Of a stretch of DNA of 32,000 nucleotides, positions 26,711-32,000 are shown piece by piece. The DNA is from Promethearchaeum syntrophicum (lineage in GTDB: Archaea > Asgardarchaeota > Lokiarchaeia > Sigyniarchaeales > Promethearchaeaceae). The notes under the pieces were generated by a model, which was not told where the DNA came from, made no database searches, and saw nothing but the letters and a program-made list of their open reading frames with translations. How positions within the stretch are numbered: position 1 is the stretch's first letter; the number at the start of each line of letters is the position of its first letter. The stretch is taken from positions 2,130,001 through 2,162,000 of the forward strand of contig NZ_CP042905.2 in assembly GCF_008000775.2 (NCBI RefSeq), read 5' to 3'. The translations under genes and the position numbers were made by a program.

Positions 26711-27754
26711 TTAAGAGAAATACCTTTTTGAAAATAATTCTAAGATAATCTCAGAAATTGAGTATGGATCCGAACCAATTTTATACGAAAGGATTTGATC
26801 GATAAATTCATTGATTTTAGGATTTGAAAAAATTAGACGCTCAATATCTTTGTTCTGAAAATATTGAATTATATCAACTACGTAGTGTTTATAGCGATAT
26901 GTTAATCTCTGTTTCTTTAAACCAGAAGTTTTAGAAAATTTATGGTGAGTTTCGATAAGTCCGATTAGATTTGGAACATTTTCTCCTGTCAATGCATTTG
27001 TTTTAATTACAGGGGGACGCCATTTTTTTGATTTGATAATACGAATATTTTGATTATTTTGGTCAACCATTATATTTTCGGCAATGTCCAACATTGTTTC
27101 TAATTCGTTAACTCGTTTATCGGCACCATCTCTATCCATTTTGTTTACAACGAAAATATCAGTGATTTCTGTGATTCCCGCTTTGATTGCTTGAATTTCA
27201 TCACCCATCCCAGGAGGCATAATAACTAAAGTAGTATGCGCGCTTTTGAAAATATCAATCTCAGATTGGCCAACACCAACAGTTTCAACAATAATTATAT
27301 TACTTCCAAATGCGTCCAAAAGATGAATTGCTTCTTTTGTCGCCATTGCAAGACCGCCAAGTTTTCCGCGGTTGGCCATGGAACGAATGAAGAGATTCTT
27401 GTTAGTAAAATTTGACTTCATTCTAATCCTATCACCCAAGAGAGCACCTCCTGAAAAAGGCGATGTTGGATCAACTGCAATAATGCTTACTTTTAATCCT
27501 TTGTTTAAATATTCCGATGCAATTTGATTTGTTAAGGTTGATTTTCCTGAACCTGGAGACCCGGTGATTCCTATAATATATGATTTTCCCGTTTCTGGGT
27601 ATATTTCTTTAATTATTTGTTTAGAAACCTCGGGACCACCGTTTTCAACCTTAGTAATTAATCTTGCTACCGCCCGTCTATTCCCCTTTTTCATCTCTTT
27701 TATCAGATTTAATAACTCAGAATCATTTTCTGATGGTTTTTTTGATGATTCCAT
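26711..27754 (-). CDS. meaB: MeaB/ArgK-family G3E GTPase, acyl-CoA mutase chaperone
   Basis: YIIGITGSPGSGKSTLTNQIASEYLNKGLKVSIIAVDPTSPFSGGALLGDRIRM, FGSNIIIVETVGVGQSEIDIFKSAHTTLVIMPPGMGDEIQAIKAGI, FVVNKMDRDGAD. Confidence 0.95.
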   Translation of the reverse strand: MESSKKPSENDSELLNLIKEMKKGNRRAVARLITKVENGGPEVSKQIIKEIYPETGKSYIIGITGSPGSGKSTLTNQIASEYLNKGLKVSIIAVDPTSPFSGGALLGDRIRMKSNFTNKNLFIRSMANRGKLGGLAMATKEAIHLLDAFGSNIIIVETVGVGQSEIDIFKSAHTTLVIMPPGMGDEIQAIKAGITEITDIFVVNKMDRDGADKRVNELETMLDIAENIMVDQNNQNIRIIKSKKWRPPVIKTNALTGENVPNLIGLIETHHKFSKTSGLKKQRLTYRYKHYVVDIIQYFQNKDIERLIFSNPKINEFIDQILSYKIGSDPYSISEIILELFSKRYFS

Positions 27755-27790
27755 TAATAAGCCTCGAATAGAATAATATAAAACTTAAGA

Positions 27791-28186
27791 TTACCGTTTT
27801 AGATTTGTTTTAATAAAGTCTACAATTTCTTGAATTTTAGTTCCTGGCCCAAATATTCCAGAAATACCTACTTCCTTCATTTTAACAACATCCTCATCTG
27901 GTATAATCCCTCCTCCCAGAACTAAAACATCGTCGGCTCCCTCTTCCTTAAGTTTCTTCATTATTTCTGGAAATAAGACAGGATGAGCTCCAGAGAGAAT
28001 CGAAAGTAATAATACGTCTGGATCTTCTTGGACTACAGACTGAACTATATCATCGGGGGTTTGGTGAAGTCCGGTATAAATTACTTCTAATCCCGCATCC
28101 CTTAAACCTCTGGATATTACCTTCGCCCCACGATCATGCCCATCTAACCCAGGTTTTGCAACAATGCATCGAATATTTTTTTCCAT
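27791..28186 (-). CDS. Small B12-binding subunit of a coenzyme-B12-dependent acyl-CoA mutase
   Basis: RCIVAKPGLDGHDRGAKVISRGLRDAGLEVIYTGLHQTPDDIV...LLLSILSGAHPVLFPEIMKKL...VLVLGGGIIPDEDV, with the DxHxxG motif. Confidence 0.95.
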   Translation of the reverse strand: MEKNIRCIVAKPGLDGHDRGAKVISRGLRDAGLEVIYTGLHQTPDDIVQSVVQEDPDVLLLSILSGAHPVLFPEIMKKLKEEGADDVLVLGGGIIPDEDVVKMKEVGISGIFGPGTKIQEIVDFIKTNLKR

Positions 28187-28223
28187 TTTTAATTTTCACT
28201 TTTTTAATCTTGATTTGGATATC

Positions 28224-29939
28224 TTAAAAAATACTTTCTTCTCTATATACTCCGAAGACTTTCCTAAATACATCAATTATTTCTCCCACTGAACAATACG
28301 CTTTCACGGCTTCCAGAATATAAGGAATTAAATTTTCCGTCCCTTGAGCAATTTCCTTAATCTTTTCTAGACTTTTTTGGGCTAAAGCTTCATCTCGTTG
28401 AGCTTTAACGTTATTAAGATTTTCAATTTGTTCCTTTGAGACTTCTTCAGTAATTTTTATTAACTCAGGAGGTTCAATTGTCTTCCCTTCGAATTTATAT
28501 TTATTAACTCCTACTTGGATCTGTTCTTTTGCTTCTATTTCTCTTTGAAATTGGTAAGATGCATTGGCTATCTCGCGCTGATAAAAATTATTCTTGATAC
28601 CTACGAATGAACCCTTAAGGATGGATCCATTTCCCATTTCTTTTATCTTTGCAAAATAATTTTCACATTCTTCTTCCATTTTATTGGTAAGAGCTTCTAC
28701 GTAATAACTACCTCCAAGAGGATCTATAACATCTGCTGCTCCGGATTCTTCTGCTATTATTTGTTGAGTTCTTAGAGCGATTCTAACTGCCTCCTCTGAG
28801 GGGAGTGCCAGCGCTTCATCAAATGAATTTGAATGTAAAGATTGAGTTCCACCTAATACAGCTGCTAATGCTTGTAATGTAACACGGATAATATTGTTAT
28901 AAGGTTCTTGGGCTGTTAAGGATACTCCTGCTGTTTGAGTATGAAACCGTAAACGCCAAGATCTAGGATCGATTGCTTTATAATCTTCTCGTAAATGTTT
29001 TGCCCAAATGCGGCGTGCAGCCCTATATTTTGCAATTTCTTCAAAGAAATTATTATGTGCATTAAAGAAATGGGATAATCTGGGTGCAAAATGATCAACA
29101 TTTAATCCACGTTCAATTCCTGCTTCAACATATGCTAAACCATTTGCAAGTGTGAAAGCAAGTTCTTGAACTGCTGTTGATCCCGCTTCTCGAATGTGAT
29201 AACCAGAAATACTTATAGTGTTCCATTTGGGAACATTTTTTGTACAAAATTCAATTGTATCTACAATTAATCTCATTGAAGGTTCTGGTGGAAATATATA
29301 TGATTTTTGCGCTTGATATTCCTTAAGTATGTCATTTTGAATTGTTCCTGTTAATTTATCCATTGGGACTCCTTGTTTTTCACCAACTGCTAGGTACATA
29401 CATAACAATATTGATGCTGGGGCATTAATGGTCATTGACGTTGATATCTTTGATAGGTCTATACCATCGAAAAGCTGTTCCATGTCAGCTAAAGAATCAA
29501 TTGCGACTCCTTCCTTTCCCACTTCCCCAGCACTCATCGGACTTGAGCTTTCATAACCGTATAATGTTGGAAGATGAAAAGCAACGCTTAATCCTGTTTG
29601 ACCATTAGCTATTAAATATTTAAATCTACGATTGGTTTCTTTTGCATTTCCCAGTCCAGCAAATTGCCTCATTGTCCAAAAACGAGCACGATAACTGGTT
29701 GGTTGAGCTGCGCGAGTATATGGATATTCTCCCGGAAAACCAAGATCTTTGAGATAATCAAAGTTTTCTATATCTTCAGGAGTATATAAGGGATTTAATT
29801 TAATATTTGAAAGGTTTTTGAATACTCTTTTTCGTTCTGGAACTTTTTCAATGGATTTTTTTACAATATCATTTGTCCATCGCTCTTTTTCCTTTTTAAT
29901 CGATTCAATATCTTCTCGATTTTTCTCTGTCAATGTCAT
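28224..29939 (-). CDS. Coenzyme-B12-dependent acyl-CoA mutase large subunit; residues favour an isobutyryl-CoA-mutase-type enzyme over a canonical methylmalonyl-CoA mutase
   Basis: RARFWTMRQFAGLGNAKETNRRFKYLIANGQTGLSVAFHLPT, GTIQNDILKEYQAQKSYIFPPEPSMRL, ISISGYHIREAGSTAVQELAFTLANG, FHTQTAGVSLTAQEPYNNIIR. Family assignment is strong; the substrate subtype is inferred. Confidence 0.93.
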   Translation of the reverse strand: MTLTEKNREDIESIKKEKERWTNDIVKKSIEKVPERKRVFKNLSNIKLNPLYTPEDIENFDYLKDLGFPGEYPYTRAAQPTSYRARFWTMRQFAGLGNAKETNRRFKYLIANGQTGLSVAFHLPTLYGYESSSPMSAGEVGKEGVAIDSLADMEQLFDGIDLSKISTSMTINAPASILLCMYLAVGEKQGVPMDKLTGTIQNDILKEYQAQKSYIFPPEPSMRLIVDTIEFCTKNVPKWNTISISGYHIREAGSTAVQELAFTLANGLAYVEAGIERGLNVDHFAPRLSHFFNAHNNFFEEIAKYRAARRIWAKHLREDYKAIDPRSWRLRFHTQTAGVSLTAQEPYNNIIRVTLQALAAVLGGTQSLHSNSFDEALALPSEEAVRIALRTQQIIAEESGAADVIDPLGGSYYVEALTNKMEEECENYFAKIKEMGNGSILKGSFVGIKNNFYQREIANASYQFQREIEAKEQIQVGVNKYKFEGKTIEPPELIKITEEVSKEQIENLNNVKAQRDEALAQKSLEKIKEIAQGTENLIPYILEAVKAYCSVGEIIDVFRKVFGVYREESIF

Positions 29940-29946
29940 TTAATTC

Positions 29947-29981
29947 GCTCCTATTTTAAAAAAACGCGGTTGAATTATAAG
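29947..29981 (-). promoter_or_regulatory. Candidate promoter and RBS of the mutase operon
   Basis: Minus strand reads ACTTATAA (near 29974..29981), then AGGAGC (29947..29952), 7 nt before the ATG at 29939. Confidence 0.4.
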
Positions 29982-30006
29982 TTTAATTGTAAGATTAATT
30001 TTCAAA

Positions 30007-30564
30007 TTAAAATTCAATTCCCGGACGTGCAAGGATTCCCTTTTGATACGGATGTTTAATTTCCTCAAGATGAATAACGTAATCTGCGATATCTTCCAGT
30101 TCTGGTATTCCTTGATGGCCTGTTATTATAACTTCAATTTCTGGATTTTTATCTCTTAAAATTCGTATAAAATTTTTTGTTTCCCACAAATTCAATTTAA
30201 TCATGGAACCAACTTCATCTAAAACTATTAAATCATATTTTTTGGAAGTTAGAACTTCTTTTACTTTATTTAGTGCATTTTTAGCCATTTCCATTTGACT
30301 GGCAATCTGTTTTTCAGATTTGATGAAATTAAATTCTCCAAATTGAATAATCGGAATGTTTAATTTTTCGGTTAATGTAATATATTCGCCATAGAAAAAA
30401 CCTTTCTGGGCAGTAGGATCATGTTTTTTTAAGAATTGTATGAGAATAGTCCGTAAATTTCTTCCTAATGCCCTAACAATATGTCCAAGCCCTATCGAAG
30501 TTTTACCACAACCCATACCAAAGTAGTAATGTATTAATCCAGTTTTGAATTGATTTTTAGACAT
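30007..30564 (-). CDS. Cob(I)yrinic acid a,c-diamide adenosyltransferase (CobA/BtuR family)
   Basis: MSKNQFKTGLIHYYFGMGCGKTSIGLGHIVRALGRNLRTILIQFLKK...YDLIVLDEVGSMIKLNLWETKNFIRILRDKNPEIEVIITGHQGIPELEDIADYVIHLEEIKHPYQKGILARPGIEF. The called ORF extends to 30648; the internal Met at 30564 fits the family start. Confidence 0.85.
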   Translation of the reverse strand: MSKNQFKTGLIHYYFGMGCGKTSIGLGHIVRALGRNLRTILIQFLKKHDPTAQKGFFYGEYITLTEKLNIPIIQFGEFNFIKSEKQIASQMEMAKNALNKVKEVLTSKKYDLIVLDEVGSMIKLNLWETKNFIRILRDKNPEIEVIITGHQGIPELEDIADYVIHLEEIKHPYQKGILARPGIEF

Positions 30565-30707
30565 TATTTTACATTTTGAAAGAATCTTTAAATCAATTTT
30601 GATCCTAATAATTAATATAAATATTGAATAACCCATCAAAGGTGTCAAAAATTCAAAAAAAAAGAGAAACGATAAAGAGCATTTTCCATCGCGAAATCGA
30701 AGAGGAT

Positions 30708-31466
30708 ATGAAGAAATATACCATAAATATTGATAAACCTGAATTTTTTAAAGAAAATGATATAATTCAATTACCTCCTCCAGTGCAAAGATATTTTAAA
30801 CATTGTGGATATATCGGAAAAGAAAAAATGGCAAATGCACAAATAAAATACGAAAGCGCCTACCTTAAAATGTCTAAAAAGCAAAAATGGATTAATATTC
30901 AATGTAGGCAATATAATTCTGTTCATGAACCCACCCGTATCATATATATGAAAAGCAAAATCCTAGGAATATTTAGGTTTGAAGGTCGTGATAAATATCA
31001 CAACGGGATAGGTAATATGTTAGTTAGGTTGTTAAAACGTTTCACAGTTGTAGATGCATTAGGAAAAGAAATGGATGCATCAGCATTAGTAACCGTACTA
31101 GCAGAAGTATTTTTGGTACCGAGTTACGCTTTGCAACCTTATGTTAAATGGCAATCAATCGATGATAATTCAGCTAGAGCAACTCTTACTTTTAATGAAA
31201 CTAAGGTTAGTGCAATGTTTCATTTTAATAGCATCGGGGAAATGACTAAAATTGATACAGATGACAGGTATTTCACAGAAAAAGATGGCACCTATGCAAA
31301 TGTAAAATGGTCTGCCTTAATGTCGGACTACATCGAAAAGGAGGGAATAAAATTCCCAAGCGAGTTCAAAGGAGTATGGCATTTTAATGATGGCGATTTT
31401 GAATATTTTAAGGGTAAAATTGCACAATTAAAATTCAATATTTCTTCCCATGAAATATTCAAATAA
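30708..31466 (+). CDS. Uncharacterised protein with the LPxPVQRYF signature (DUF6544/DUF6920-like, name from memory)
   Basis: IIQLPPPVQRYFKHCGYIG, ARATLTFNETKVSAMFHFNSIGEMTKIDTDDRY, PSEFKGVWHFNDGDFEYFKGKI. The called ORF starts at 30624; ATG 30708 has an AGAGG sequence just upstream. Confidence 0.7.
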   Translation: MKKYTINIDKPEFFKENDIIQLPPPVQRYFKHCGYIGKEKMANAQIKYESAYLKMSKKQKWINIQCRQYNSVHEPTRIIYMKSKILGIFRFEGRDKYHNGIGNMLVRLLKRFTVVDALGKEMDASALVTVLAEVFLVPSYALQPYVKWQSIDDNSARATLTFNETKVSAMFHFNSIGEMTKIDTDDRYFTEKDGTYANVKWSALMSDYIEKEGIKFPSEFKGVWHFNDGDFEYFKGKIAQLKFNISSHEIFK

Positions 31467-31469
31467 AAA

Positions 31470-32000
31470 TTATGAAATGAATTTAAATTTCAAGAAGAAT
31501 GGCATTAATGAAACCTTCTTTGATAAAGGTAAATGCTTATAGATTTGCTCCCCGCACCAAAGATCATTTTCCTCTGGGTAATTTTCTAAATCTTGGCATC
31601 GGTAGGCTATCCAAATATTTTTCCGGAGTTGTTGAAGTTCGTTAATAGAATTTAGATAAGCATCCCAAATTGTAAATGGGGGTTTTTCATTACCACGGAA
31701 AAACATTTCGTCTGAAATTTTCCCCATTTTAAAGTATGAATTAAGTATACGCGTAGATAAAAGTTTTTCATTTTTTCTAAGATCTTGAGTAGTGAAGCTA
31801 CTTTCATTTTTATTTAGTTCGAGTAACACTTCGGATGCAATTTTTGCAGAGGCGGCTGCACCAATAACACCTTCTAAATATAGTGGATATAATAATCCTG
31901 CTGCATCACCTATTACAACTACTCGATCGGAAACTTTTGCATCAATAGGATATTTCGTGCATTTTTTATAATGAAAATCTTTGACTGTTAGTGTTTCAAT
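31470..32000 (-). CDS. Geranylgeranyl reductase-like FAD-dependent oxidoreductase, C-terminal part (5' end beyond the window)
   Basis: The track calls only 31470..31829 (GTG), but the frame stays open to the edge. Translating 31830..32000 on the minus strand gives IETLTVKDFHYKKCTKYPIDAKVSDRVVVIGDAAGLLYPLYLEGVIGAAASAKIASE, a C-terminal FAD-binding GDAAG motif. Confidence 0.8.
   Translation of the reverse strand: METLTVKDFHYKKCTKYPIDAKVSDRVVVIGDAAGLLYPLYLEGVIGAAASAKIASEVLLELNKNESSFTTQDLRKNEKLLSTRILNSYFKMGKISDEMFFRGNEKPPFTIWDAYLNSINELQQLRKNIWIAYRCQDLENYPEENDLWCGEQIYKHLPLSKKVSLMPFFLKFKFIS

Noticed and set aside
28916-29101. 61-aa minus-strand ORF within the mutase gene
   Set aside because: Alternative frame of the strongly conserved mutase coding sequence.
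28224-29939. Plain annotation as methylmalonyl-CoA mutase
   Set aside because: The two carboxylate-recognition residues appear as Phe and Gln, so this specificity should not be asserted.

Overview
This AT-rich archaeal window looks Asgard/Lokiarchaeia-like. That is inferred from tandem Roadblock/LC7 proteins, a Dna2-type nuclease-helicase and a TopA-like topoisomerase; taxonomy was not tested. It is almost fully coding: about 23 supported genes, with one gene truncated at the right edge and probably one at the left. Contents from left to right: a radical SAM protein, a DtxR/MntR-type regulator, a B3/B4-domain protein, an AAA-type ATPase divergent from an orphan gene, topoisomerase IA plus Dna2-like nuclease-helicase in tandem, a 1374-aa secreted/anchored surface protein, two Roadblock/LC7 proteins, a candidate kleisin (ScpA-like) followed by a TPR-like protein, a sugar/cyclitol-type group (EamA transporter, Gfo/Idh/MocA oxidoreductase, DegT aminotransferase, PIG-L deacetylase), and a coenzyme-B12 acyl-CoA mutase block (large subunit, small B12-binding subunit, MeaB, an orphan Cys-rich protein, an AOR-family oxidoreductase, and a cobalamin adenosyltransferase upstream). 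The strongest second-look item is the mutase large subunit. It would be auto-annotated as methylmalonyl-CoA mutase but has Phe and Gln at the two carboxylate-recognition positions, the isobutyryl-CoA-mutase signature. The next strongest is the probable divergent kleisin with a co-directional TPR partner. No CRISPR, rRNA, tRNA or transposase was recognised.
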